A DNA stretch of 64,000 nucleotides. Origin: an uncultured Candidatus Saccharibacteria bacterium (GTDB taxonomy: Bacteria; Patescibacteriota; Minisyncoccia; Phycocordibacterales; CAYRGE01). The translations under genes were made by a program, and so were the position numbers. The stretch lies in the NCBI GenBank assembly GCA_964612415.1, contig CAZTCT010000002.1, positions 13,631 to 77,630 on the forward strand, given 5' to 3'. Shown piece after piece: positions 18,467-27,741 of this stretch (positions are counted from its first letter, which is position 1; each line of letters begins with the position of its first letter). The notes beneath the pieces were generated by a model. It saw only the letters and a list, made by a program, of their open reading frames with translations. It was not told the origin of the DNA and ran no database searches.

Positions 18467-19090
18467 ATGAATGAGCTTGAGAAACTGGTCACTCTTTTTG
18501 CGAAGCTCCCAGGTGTTGGCAAACGGCAAGCGCGCCGTTTTGTGTACCACCTTTTGACCAGGGACAAGTCCGTAACCAAAGCGCTCATACAGGAGCTTGG
18601 ACGGCTCCATGAGCATATCTCTCAATGCGACCATTGTATGCGCTTCTTTGAAAAGAAAGGCGGCCCTGGCACACTCTGTCGCACGTGCGCAGACCCCCAC
18701 ACAGACAGAGCATCCATGCTTGTCGTTGAGAAGGATGTTGACCTTGAAAGTGTTGAGCGAAGCGGTGCATACTCCGGCAGATATTTTGTTATTGGCGGGA
18801 CACTCCCAATTCTTGAGAAGGAGCCAGAAAAGATGATACGCCTCAAAGCATTTATCTCCGAGCTAAAACGGGCCGCAAAGGAAGACAATCTCAGTGAAAT
18901 AATCTTCGCTCTCTCGGCGACTCCTGAAGGAGAGTACACAGCAGAGTACCTAAAGACTGCCACAAAAGAGGCAGGGTTTGGAGAAATTAGTACCAGTATC
19001 CTTGGACGCGGGCTCTCCACTGGAAGCGAGCTTGAATACTCCGATGAGGAGACGCTAAAAAGCGCCCTCAAGAATCGGGGCGCTTTTTAA
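18467..19090 (+). CDS. recR: Recombination protein RecR
   Basis: HhH (LPGVGKRQARRFVYHLL), C4 zinc finger CDHC...CRTC, Toprim. Start taken at MNELEKL (18467) just after the dnaB stop. Confidence 0.88.
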   Translation: MNELEKLVTLFAKLPGVGKRQARRFVYHLLTRDKSVTKALIQELGRLHEHISQCDHCMRFFEKKGGPGTLCRTCADPHTDRASMLVVEKDVDLESVERSGAYSGRYFVIGGTLPILEKEPEKMIRLKAFISELKRAAKEDNLSEIIFALSATPEGEYTAEYLKTATKEAGFGEISTSILGRGLSTGSELEYSDEETLKSALKNRGAF

Positions 19091-19109
19091 ACTGCTTTTT
19101 GTATTTTAA

Positions 19110-19424
19110 TTACTTAACTGAGGAGATTTTCACCTTAAGGTATTGCTGTCGGTGCCCGTTTTTCTTGAAGTAGCGACTCTTTGCTTTGTAGTGAATAACA
19201 GTGATCTTCTTCCCCCTTCCTACCTTTTCAACTACGCCGTTCACCTTAGCCCCTTTGATGTATGGGGTTCCGATGGTGGTCTGCTTTCCGTCTGAAAGGA
19301 AAAGGACCTTATCAAAGGCAACTTTATCGCCCTCCTTGAGGTCGCCCATGATCTCAATATTTACGAGAGAATCTGGAGACACCTTGTATTGCTTTCCTCC
19401 TGTTTCGATAACTGCGATTTCCAT
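19110..19424 (-). CDS. rplU: Ribosomal protein L21
   Basis: MEIAVIETGGKQYKV canonical L21. Confidence 0.92.
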   Translation of the reverse strand: MEIAVIETGGKQYKVSPDSLVNIEIMGDLKEGDKVAFDKVLFLSDGKQTTIGTPYIKGAKVNGVVEKVGRGKKITVIHYKAKSRYFKKNGHRQQYLKVKISSVK

Positions 19425-19489
19425 AGATTTCGGGATTATACCAAAGACATTAAATTCCGCAAGAGAGCGGAGATTGACCTTATTTTTTA

Positions 19490-19518
19490 ATTATAGCATA
19501 TTATGTCACCCACGTCAA
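19490..19518 (-). promoter_or_regulatory. Consensus sigma70-type promoter (TTGACG-17-TATAAT) upstream of rplU
   Basis: Minus-strand reading TTGACGtgggtgacataatatgcTATAAT; a second TGGTATAAT lies 10 nt from the rplU ATG. Confidence 0.6.
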
Positions 19519-19520
19519 TC

Positions 19521-20603
19521 CTAATCCTCTTCAGATTCAGGCTTCTCTAGTAAATCCACTTCCACTTCGTTAGATGTACCGGTAACTCTCAAAATATCCT
19601 TATCAATCTTTCCAAACTCCTTCTGTGCGGAATTGTAGTGACTCACTGTCGTCCCAAGCGATGTCCCAAGCTTTGTAAAAAATTGTTGATATGCCCCTAG
19701 ATGCCGCCCTAGCTCCCCTACCCGCTTTTGAATATCCTTTGCCTGCTCTTCAATCTGCAACGCCTTAAGCCCCTGTAGCACCGTCTGCAGATATGCCAAA
19801 AATGATGTCGGTGAGGCAATGATGACTTTCTTCGCAAATGCATACTCTATCAAGTCACGCGTTTGTGTCTTCATTGCCCCCACCTGGTTTATCAAAAGGT
19901 CATAGTAAACTCCTTCAGAAGGAATGAACATGAACGCGAATTCCATCGTGTTCTCTTCTGGGCGAACATATTTTGATGTTTCGTCAATGCGAAGTTTGAG
20001 GTCTTGTTTGAAGGCTTTCTCATATTTTTCCCGCTCTGCCTTATCGCGTGATTCAATAGCACGATTATAATTTTCCAACGAGAACTTTGAATCCACAGGG
20101 ATGATGCGATCTTTCACTTTCACGATTGCATCCACGATCTCACCGTTTTTGAACATGTATTGCATCTCATACGAGCCGGGAGGCAATACATTTTTAAGCA
20201 CAGTCTCAAGATAGTATTCACCTAGTACTCCGCGTTGCTTCGGGTTCTGTAGAACATCCTGAAGATTCTGGAGCTGGTCAGCAAAATCGACAACCTGTCG
20301 GTTCACTTCCTTTACACTCGTCAGCTCACGGGTAATCTCTTGGATAAGCTTCTGCGACTGATCAAACTGTGCGCGCATCGTGGTGTTAAGCTCACGTTGT
20401 GAATCTCCGAGCTTCGCCTCAAGCGCACGAGTGAGATTGTCTATCTGATTTTGCAGGAGAACGAGCCCTTGATCATCCCCGCGAGACTCCCCTCGCGATC
20501 GTCGTGCAACAATCCAGGCGAACACGCCGCCAATAGCTGCTCCGACAAGAATCCAGATGATAAGTTCAGGGCTCATATTGAGTCGATGGTACCATACCCA
20601 CAA
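19521..20603 (-). CDS. rmuC: DNA recombination protein RmuC
   Basis: N-terminal TM, coiled coil, GEYYLETVL... RmuC core. Confidence 0.85.
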   Translation of the reverse strand: MWVWYHRLNMSPELIIWILVGAAIGGVFAWIVARRSRGESRGDDQGLVLLQNQIDNLTRALEAKLGDSQRELNTTMRAQFDQSQKLIQEITRELTSVKEVNRQVVDFADQLQNLQDVLQNPKQRGVLGEYYLETVLKNVLPPGSYEMQYMFKNGEIVDAIVKVKDRIIPVDSKFSLENYNRAIESRDKAEREKYEKAFKQDLKLRIDETSKYVRPEENTMEFAFMFIPSEGVYYDLLINQVGAMKTQTRDLIEYAFAKKVIIASPTSFLAYLQTVLQGLKALQIEEQAKDIQKRVGELGRHLGAYQQFFTKLGTSLGTTVSHYNSAQKEFGKIDKDILRVTGTSNEVEVDLLEKPESEED

Positions 20604-20619
20604 CCGACGCGTCTATCAC

Positions 20620-23328
20620 CTACCCTGCCCGTTTCTGTGGCATACGAAACACGATATATTTTGATATCTCCACTACAGTAAGGTTGATTGTTCCAAAAAG
20701 CAGGACCGCAAGCACTGTGATGTATGTCGGAGCGGCCAAGGTGAGGAGGTGCTGGAGTGCGGGTGTAACCAGTGCCAAAAGAAGAGCCAGAAGGCTAAAT
20801 GAAAGCGCACCAAGTAAATAGCGGTTTGAGGAGAGTTTGATCTTCCATAAAGGTTGATGGAGGTTCTTCATTGCAAATGCAAAGAAGATAGAATCTATTG
20901 AAACAGCAATAAACATCAGGGTTCGGAGTTCATCAATCGGCGTACCTAGATGATCTAACGTGAGATAGAGTATTCCCAGGAAAATCCCTGTCATCCCCGC
21001 TACAAGAAAGATGAGTTTCTTAAGCTTTTGGGTCACGATCTCTTTCATTGAGTGCTCACGAGGGTCTTTTTTCATAGACTCTGGCTCAAGCGGTTCAAAT
21101 GCAAACGCAAAGTTCATAAATCCTTCTTCGACGATCTTTGTCCAGAGGATCTGTGACGGCAACAACGGCAATGGCTTTCCCAAGAAAAGCGCTACTGTCA
21201 CCACCACAATCTCACTGAAACTCGTTGAAAGAAGGTATGTGATGATCTTTTTTAGATTATCCCTGATGCGTCTTCCCTCCTCTATTGCACTTGTGATAAC
21301 GCTGAAGCTGTCATCAAGCAAGATGATATCTGATGCGTCTTTTGCGACTTCAGTACCACTACCGAGTGCGAGACCAATATCAGCATTGCGTAGTGCTGGG
21401 GCATCATTTACCCCGTCTCCTGTCATTGCAACAACCTCTCCATTGCCGCGCAAAAGACGTGCAAGGCGCAGTTTATGCTCAGGAAGTACTCGTGCAAAGA
21501 CAGAGTGCTTTTTGATCGTAGCGAGCAGATCTTCGTCGTTGAGCCCCTCAAGGTCTTTCCCAAGAATCGCCTTCTCCTCTCCATGCGCAATGCCTGCCTC
21601 GCGCGCAATGGCAAGCGCAGTCTCTGGATTATCCCCTGTCGCCATGACTACACGCGTCCCCACATTCTGCACGATCTTGATAGCTGCAGGCACATCCGCT
21701 CGCAGAGGGTCATGCATCGCGATAAAGCCCCCAAAAACAAACCCCTCAAGGTCAGCAGCCGTTTTCTCATCTATCTTCTCATCCGAAATGTCTTTGTATC
21801 CAACACCGATGAGTCGCATACCTTTCTTGCTATAAGAATGATGCGCCCGTGCAAGAAGTGCATGCTTTTCTTTTGTAAGCCGCTCAGACTTACCATTTCG
21901 ATAAGCAGACTTCGCGTGTTCAAGTATAAATTCTGGAGCACCGGTTATATAAAAGCGTTTCATTTTCTTTCTTGGCAAAGAGTGCAGAGATCCGGCAAAA
22001 CGCCGCTCTGGATTGAATGGGAGGTAATCAACGCGCGCATATTCGCGCAAAAGGTCTTTCTGTGAAAGTCCGAGTTCAATGCCTGCAGTCATGATTGCCT
22101 TCTCCACCGGACGCCCGCGCACCACCCAGCCAGCAAGCGCTTCGCCTTCATTTTCAACAAACGCATCTGAGGTTAGTATCGCCATTTTGAGCGCATCAAG
22201 TCCATCCGCATGTACTTTAAGCTGTTTTGCAGTTGGCGCATCTCCAGGCGGTTGCTCTGTCGGCTCTTCAAGCAATGTCGCAAGTGTGATGATCTCGGCA
22301 ACTTGCATCTGCGCTTTTGTGAGCGTGCCCGTTTTGTCGGTGAGAATGATCGTCGTCCCTCCAAGCGTCTCAGCCGCAAGCAGATTTCGCACAAGACCGC
22401 CTTTTTTAAGAATTGATTCCATCCCAATCGCAAGTACCACGGTCACGGCAACAGGAAGCCCTTCTGGCATGGCGGCAACGGCAATAGCAATAGAAATGAA
22501 TATAAGATCAAAGAGCTCGTATCCGCGCGCAAGCCCGACGATGAGAATGAGTGCCAAGACACCCAAAATGACGTACATGAGAAAAGTAGCGAGACGGTGA
22601 ATACTCTTCTGAAGTGGCGTACTCTCGTCTATTTTCTCGCCGAGAGATTGCGCAATAACTCCAATCTGTGTCTTGTTTCCCGTGGCAATAACAATACCTT
22701 GCCCAGTCCCTGTGGCGACAAGTGTACCCATCCACGCCATATTGCCCTGCTCGCTCAATGGCGCTTCGCCAGCGATCACCTGACTGTCTTTACTTACTGG
22801 AACCCACTCGCCAGTAAGCGTTGCTTCATTTGTTGAAAGATCTTGTGCGATCAAAATTCTCACATCTGCGGGGACATACATTCCGGCAGATAATTCAATG
22901 ATATCCCCGGGGACGAGCTCCTCTGTCTGCACGATAGACTTTCTGCCTTCGCGAATAACTACAGCAGTCCGCTCTTGAGACTTAGCGAGCCGATCAAAAG
23001 CAGTGAAAGCTCTTTCTTCTTGGAAAACGCCAATGATGACATTGATAGCGAGTGCGATACCAATGACGATTGCATTCGTGTACTCTCCAAGGAGAATCGT
23101 TGCTACGCCCGCACCAAGAAGCACAAGCACAAGCGGATTCTTTAGTTGAGTGAGGATTCGCTGTAAAACGGTAACCTTTTTGTGCCGTTCAAAAACATTT
23201 TTCCCGTAATTCTTTTGCCGTTTGGCGACTTCGCCTCCCGCAAGCCCGCTTTTAAGGTCCGAGACGAACTCTGTCAGTAAATCTTCTTGAGTTTTTTGAT
23301 ACCATAGCGCCGATTTTTCTGGCGACAT
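20620..23328 (-). CDS. P-type cation-transporting ATPase (PIIA, Ca2+/SERCA-like)
   Basis: DKTGTLT phosphorylation motif, PEGLP, TGDGVNDAPAL, 10 TM. Confidence 0.9.
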   Translation of the reverse strand: MSPEKSALWYQKTQEDLLTEFVSDLKSGLAGGEVAKRQKNYGKNVFERHKKVTVLQRILTQLKNPLVLVLLGAGVATILLGEYTNAIVIGIALAINVIIGVFQEERAFTAFDRLAKSQERTAVVIREGRKSIVQTEELVPGDIIELSAGMYVPADVRILIAQDLSTNEATLTGEWVPVSKDSQVIAGEAPLSEQGNMAWMGTLVATGTGQGIVIATGNKTQIGVIAQSLGEKIDESTPLQKSIHRLATFLMYVILGVLALILIVGLARGYELFDLIFISIAIAVAAMPEGLPVAVTVVLAIGMESILKKGGLVRNLLAAETLGGTTIILTDKTGTLTKAQMQVAEIITLATLLEEPTEQPPGDAPTAKQLKVHADGLDALKMAILTSDAFVENEGEALAGWVVRGRPVEKAIMTAGIELGLSQKDLLREYARVDYLPFNPERRFAGSLHSLPRKKMKRFYITGAPEFILEHAKSAYRNGKSERLTKEKHALLARAHHSYSKKGMRLIGVGYKDISDEKIDEKTAADLEGFVFGGFIAMHDPLRADVPAAIKIVQNVGTRVVMATGDNPETALAIAREAGIAHGEEKAILGKDLEGLNDEDLLATIKKHSVFARVLPEHKLRLARLLRGNGEVVAMTGDGVNDAPALRNADIGLALGSGTEVAKDASDIILLDDSFSVITSAIEEGRRIRDNLKKIITYLLSTSFSEIVVVTVALFLGKPLPLLPSQILWTKIVEEGFMNFAFAFEPLEPESMKKDPREHSMKEIVTQKLKKLIFLVAGMTGIFLGILYLTLDHLGTPIDELRTLMFIAVSIDSIFFAFAMKNLHQPLWKIKLSSNRYLLGALSFSLLALLLALVTPALQHLLTLAAPTYITVLAVLLFGTINLTVVEISKYIVFRMPQKRAG

Positions 23329-23368
23329 ATGGAAATCATTATATCACAGCCCCATTTTGCACCGGGCG

Positions 23369-23390
23369 CCCTATTTGAGCTAAAATAGGG
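23369..23390. promoter_or_regulatory. Perfect 8-bp-arm palindrome CCCTATTT-gagcta-AAATAGGG, 5 nt upstream of the yqeY ATG and overlapping a TAAAAT -10-like box
   Basis: Read directly; candidate operator or 5' hairpin. Confidence 0.4.
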
Positions 23391-23395
23391 CTACT

Positions 23396-23848
23396 ATGCT
23401 ACAACAAAAAATTAAGTCTGAGTTACCCGCAGCCATGAAAGCAAAGGATGCTTTGCGAGTGAATGTACTGAAAGGAATGATGTCAGGGTTTACCAACGAG
23501 CTTGTTGCTCGCGGCGTTCCTCCACAGGGTGAGCTTGATGACGACGGCGTACTTACTGTAATCCGACGTCTTGCCAAGCAGCGCAAAGACTCAATTGAAC
23601 AATTCACAAAAGGTGGCCGACAAGAACTCGCGGACAAAGAAGCAGCAGAGCTTGCTATCCTTGAGAGCTACCTCCCACAAATGATGCCGATAGATGAGAT
23701 CCGCAAACTCGCACAAGCAAAGCAAAGCGAGCTTGGTATCACTGACAAAGCAAAAGCAGGAATGCTTATGGGCGCACTTATGAAAGACCTCAAGGGTAAA
23801 GCCGATGGTGCAGATGTTAAAACTGCGGTAGACGAATTATTTGCTTAG
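23396..23848 (+). CDS. yqeY: GatB/YqeY-domain protein
   Basis: ALRVNVLKGMMSGF...ILESYLPQMM typical YqeY. Confidence 0.85.
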   Translation: MLQQKIKSELPAAMKAKDALRVNVLKGMMSGFTNELVARGVPPQGELDDDGVLTVIRRLAKQRKDSIEQFTKGGRQELADKEAAELAILESYLPQMMPIDEIRKLAQAKQSELGITDKAKAGMLMGALMKDLKGKADGADVKTAVDELFA

Positions 23849-25071
23849 TTTCCAAACGAGCGCTTGGAACGTAGGTTGCGATGATATGAGATAGCAAATC
23901 TATGCGCTTCGTTATTGGCAAGTAGAATTTCTTGTTCGTGCGCCTCAATGATGCGCCTCTCCCCAAGGATATCCTTTGGCCGGTGATGCTCATCCTTCAC
24001 TACAGAAACTACCGGGATTGAAAGCCCCGCCTCGTCTAGTACCTTCTCGGCTGCCTTTTTCTGTGCCTTCCCGCCATCAATGACGAAAAGTCTTGGAAGT
24101 CGCCACTCATTGTGAGCAAGCCTCCTTTCTATGATCTCCTTGAGTGCCCGAGTATCATCTGCGCCAGTGAAGCTTTTGATTTTGAATTTTCGGTAGGCAC
24201 TCTTGTTTGGCTCACCGTCCTCTACTACTGTCATCACACCAACAGAAGCTACTCCGCTTATATGCGCAATGTCGTAACTCTCAATGCGAAAATTGCGCAG
24301 TGTCTTGAGTGAATCCTCTTTGATAAGCGCGACATCTTGTATATGAGTAAGCCCAAAGATCGTCCGCTTGATACGCTCGGCTTCTTCAAACTCACGCATC
24401 TTTGCCGCGCGCTTCATGTCCTGCTTGAGGGTGCGAAGAAGTTCTGATTTTTTGCCATTGAAAAGCAGCTTGATTCTGCGAATTGTCTTTTTGTACTCTG
24501 CTTTGCTTACTACGCCACTACACACACCTGGACACAGATTGATCTGCGCATTAAAGCACGGACGTCCTCTCTCGGGTTCGCATGTGTCTCGAAACGGGAA
24601 TATCTTTCGAATGATCTTTAGCGCCTCTTTCAAATCCTTGCCATGCGGGAACGGCCCGAATACTGTATCTACTTTGTATGAAAGCTTTTTTGCAGGATCA
24701 AAGAGTTCGCGTCCCCGTACCAAAAGCACTCGAGGGAAATCCTCTTTTGTAATGACCGCGTAATTGAAACTTTTATCATCTTTATCACGACTGTTATATG
24801 GCGGGTGATGCTTCTTGATAAGCGCTGCCTCTAAGAGGAGTGCCTCTAGGGCCGACTCCGTCAGAACATGCTTGATCGTCTTTGCGCGCAATACCATGTT
24901 CACCATGTGAGGTCCGCGCGTCTCGGCAAGGTCAGTATCAAAATAGCTACGGACACGATCGCGTAAAAATGTGGCTTTCCCTACATAAAGCACTTTCCCT
25001 TTTGCATCACAGAACAGATACACACCCGGCTTTTTGGGGAGTTTTAGTTTTTGAAATGCTGCTAAATTCAT
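23845..25071 (-). CDS. uvrC: Excinuclease ABC subunit C, compact form (GIY-YIG + UVR + RNase H-like endonuclease; no C-terminal HhH2)
   Basis: GVYLFCDAKGKVLYVGKA GIY-YIG, UVR helix, ESYDIAHISG endonuclease motif; 408 aa. Confidence 0.82.
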   Translation of the reverse strand: MNLAAFQKLKLPKKPGVYLFCDAKGKVLYVGKATFLRDRVRSYFDTDLAETRGPHMVNMVLRAKTIKHVLTESALEALLLEAALIKKHHPPYNSRDKDDKSFNYAVITKEDFPRVLLVRGRELFDPAKKLSYKVDTVFGPFPHGKDLKEALKIIRKIFPFRDTCEPERGRPCFNAQINLCPGVCSGVVSKAEYKKTIRRIKLLFNGKKSELLRTLKQDMKRAAKMREFEEAERIKRTIFGLTHIQDVALIKEDSLKTLRNFRIESYDIAHISGVASVGVMTVVEDGEPNKSAYRKFKIKSFTGADDTRALKEIIERRLAHNEWRLPRLFVIDGGKAQKKAAEKVLDEAGLSIPVVSVVKDEHHRPKDILGERRIIEAHEQEILLANNEAHRFAISYHRNLRSKRSFGN

Positions 25072-25072
25072 A

Positions 25073-27667
25073 TTACTTTGAATGAGCTCGCCCTCTTTTG
25101 AGTATCTTCCCTAGATACTTGCCGGTGTGCGAATTCTTGTTGTTCGCAATATCCTCTGGAGTCCCTTTGGCAACGATCTTCCCTCCCCCTGCTCCACCTT
25201 CTGGGCCAAAGTCTAAAGCATAATCAAGACACTTGATCACATCAAGATTGTGCTCAATAAGGACAACGGTATTACCTTTATCGACAAGTTTTTGGAGAAT
25301 CTCAAGGAGCTTGCGCACATCCTCATAGTGCAAGCCCACTGTTGGCTCATCAAGTAGATACACCGTCTTCATTAAATCCGGGCGATATAGTTCAGATGAT
25401 ATCTTCACACGCTGCGCCTCACCACCTGAGAGTGTTGTAGCCGACTGTCCGAGTTCAAGATACCCAAGACCCACGTCAACAAGCGTCTTGAGACGATCTG
25501 AAATCGCTGGAATATCTTCAAAAAAGTCATGCGCTTCTTCAATGGTCATCTTAAGCACTTCGTAAATACTTTTCTTCTTGTATTTCACTTCGAGCGTCTC
25601 TTTCTGATAGCGCTTCCCATGACACACATCACAGGTTACATATACCGTCGGCAAGAAATGCATCTCCACTGCGATGACACCATTCCCTTGGCACGCTTCA
25701 CAGCGCCCGCCCTTCACGTTGAAAGAGAATCTGCTTGGGCCCCATCCACGAATACGTGCCTCTTCTGTCTCGGCAAATAGATCACGTATGAATGTAAAAG
25801 CGCCTGTGTATGTCGCTGGGTTTGAGCGGGGCGTACGTCCAATAGGAGACTGGTCTATGAGGATCGCACGATGTACATACTCCGTGCCAGTGAACTCTGC
25901 CGCATTGTATACCTTATTGCTCCTATATCTACGGTCAAAACGTGCGCGGAGGTTTTGATAGAGCACCTCATACATAAACGATGATTTCCCTGAACCAGAA
26001 ACACCCGTAATGCCAACCAATTTCCCAAGAGGGATTTCGGCATTCAGATTCTTAATATTAAACACATTTGCCCCGACGATCTTTATCTTCCCCTTATCCT
26101 GATTTCTGCGCGTCTTTGGTATTTCAATTTCTTCATCCCCACGCAAGAAATCAAGCGTGAGTGATTTATGCTTTTTGTTCGCCAAGAGCTCATCAAGATA
26201 TCCAGAGACCACCACATTGCCTCCATGTACTCCAGCACCCGGGCCGATGTCTACAAGGTAGTCAGATGCAAAAATCGTATCCTCATCATGTTCAACAACG
26301 ATGATGGTATTGCCTAGGTCTCGCAAGCCGGCGAGCGTGCGGATAAGACGGTCATTGTCTCTCTGATGCAACCCGATCGTAGGCTCATCAAGTACATAGA
26401 GTGCGCCCACAAGCTGCGAGCCAAGCTGCGACGCAAGACGGATACGCTGTGCTTCACCACCAGAGAGCGTATTGGCACGACGGCTTAGCGTCAGATAGTC
26501 CAGGCCAACATTGAGCATGAAGGAGAGTCTGCTCTCAATCTCTTTGATAACAACTTTTGAAATCTCCTTTTCTTGTGGTGTAAGTTTCACTTCTATGAAA
26601 AAGTCTGCAGCATCTGCGATAGACATTGAGGTGATGTCATCAATGTTTTTCCCATCGATGAGTACGTGCAAGGCCTCTGGACGCAGACGCTTCCCTTTAC
26701 ACTCAGGACACTCTTCCTCGCCCATGAAATGCTTTGTCCCGAGCCCATTACACGCAGAACATGCACCGTATGGCGAGTTAAATGAAAATAGTCTTGGCTC
26801 AACTTCCGGATAAGAGAATCCATCATGCGGGCATGAGTGTCGTGTAGACATGAGCTTCTCGTCCTCTTCTTCCTTAGCAGTAAAGCGCGCTTTCACCAAG
26901 CCATCCGATTCGCCAATCGCTCGCTCAATAGACTCCGCGAGGCGCTCGCGTGTGCCTTTCAGATTTTCTTTGAGGTCTTCGGTGGATACTTCATCCACAA
27001 CAATATCAATATCGTGAGCTTTGTAGCGTGCAAGGACAAACTTCTCGCGTAGATTGACCGCCTTGCCGTCAATGCGCGCACGCTCGTATCCTTTCCCAAG
27101 CATGTCATAGAGCATCTGATAGTATTCCCCTTTGCGCCCACGCACGACAGGTGCAAGTAGTTGTATCGTCACCTTCTCGCCCTTGCCCCGTGCGAAGCGC
27201 TTGGCTTCATCAATGATGAAATTCATAATCTCCTCCTGTGAGAGCCGCTCAATTTTTCTTCCGCACAAAAGACAATGAGGGATGCCGACACGAGCAAAGA
27301 GCACGCGCAAATAGTCGTATATTTCTGTTGTAGTGGCTACGGTAGAGCGCGGGTTATGAGAAGCGCTCTTTTGGTCAATGGAGATTGCAGGAGAGAGTCC
27401 AACGATCTCGTCTACATCAGGCTTCTGCATCTGGTGCAAAAATTGTCGCGCGTATGCAGAGAGAGACTCCACATAGCGTCTTTGCCCTTCGGCAAATATC
27501 GTATCAAATGCCAAAGACGACTTCCCTGATCCAGAAAGCCCTGTGAATACGACCATCTTGTTGCGGGGTAACTCAACCGTGATGTCCTTGAGGTTGTGAG
27601 TACGAGCACCCTTTACGATGATCTTCTCAAGCCCTGCATTTGCCTTGTGTGTGTCTTTTTTTGACAT
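25073..27667 (-). CDS. uvrA: Excinuclease ABC subunit A
   Basis: Two ABC ATPase modules (GLSGSGKSS / GVSGSGKSS) and zinc-finger cysteines. Confidence 0.93.
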   Translation of the reverse strand: MSKKDTHKANAGLEKIIVKGARTHNLKDITVELPRNKMVVFTGLSGSGKSSLAFDTIFAEGQRRYVESLSAYARQFLHQMQKPDVDEIVGLSPAISIDQKSASHNPRSTVATTTEIYDYLRVLFARVGIPHCLLCGRKIERLSQEEIMNFIIDEAKRFARGKGEKVTIQLLAPVVRGRKGEYYQMLYDMLGKGYERARIDGKAVNLREKFVLARYKAHDIDIVVDEVSTEDLKENLKGTRERLAESIERAIGESDGLVKARFTAKEEEDEKLMSTRHSCPHDGFSYPEVEPRLFSFNSPYGACSACNGLGTKHFMGEEECPECKGKRLRPEALHVLIDGKNIDDITSMSIADAADFFIEVKLTPQEKEISKVVIKEIESRLSFMLNVGLDYLTLSRRANTLSGGEAQRIRLASQLGSQLVGALYVLDEPTIGLHQRDNDRLIRTLAGLRDLGNTIIVVEHDEDTIFASDYLVDIGPGAGVHGGNVVVSGYLDELLANKKHKSLTLDFLRGDEEIEIPKTRRNQDKGKIKIVGANVFNIKNLNAEIPLGKLVGITGVSGSGKSSFMYEVLYQNLRARFDRRYRSNKVYNAAEFTGTEYVHRAILIDQSPIGRTPRSNPATYTGAFTFIRDLFAETEEARIRGWGPSRFSFNVKGGRCEACQGNGVIAVEMHFLPTVYVTCDVCHGKRYQKETLEVKYKKKSIYEVLKMTIEEAHDFFEDIPAISDRLKTLVDVGLGYLELGQSATTLSGGEAQRVKISSELYRPDLMKTVYLLDEPTVGLHYEDVRKLLEILQKLVDKGNTVVLIEHNLDVIKCLDYALDFGPEGGAGGGKIVAKGTPEDIANNKNSHTGKYLGKILKRGRAHSK

Positions 27668-27712
27668 AAGCTAACGCCCCCTCGCTCGTGTGTAGAGGGG
27701 GTATATAGGCAG

Positions 27713-27740
27713 ATTATACTCCGAGTAGGGGCGAAAACAA
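27713..27740 (-). promoter_or_regulatory. Putative internal promoter (TTGTTT-16-TATAAT) for uvrA, followed by a CCCCCTC...GAGGGGG hairpin in the leader
   Basis: Read on the minus strand in the 74-nt uvrB-uvrA spacer. Confidence 0.4.
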
Positions 27741-27741
27741 G

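Noticed and set aside
21011-21835. 274-aa plus-strand ORF (and 22079..22600, 21475..22065) inside the P-type ATPase gene
   Set aside because: Antisense to a 902-aa ATPase with all canonical motifs; Ser/Arg-rich composition.
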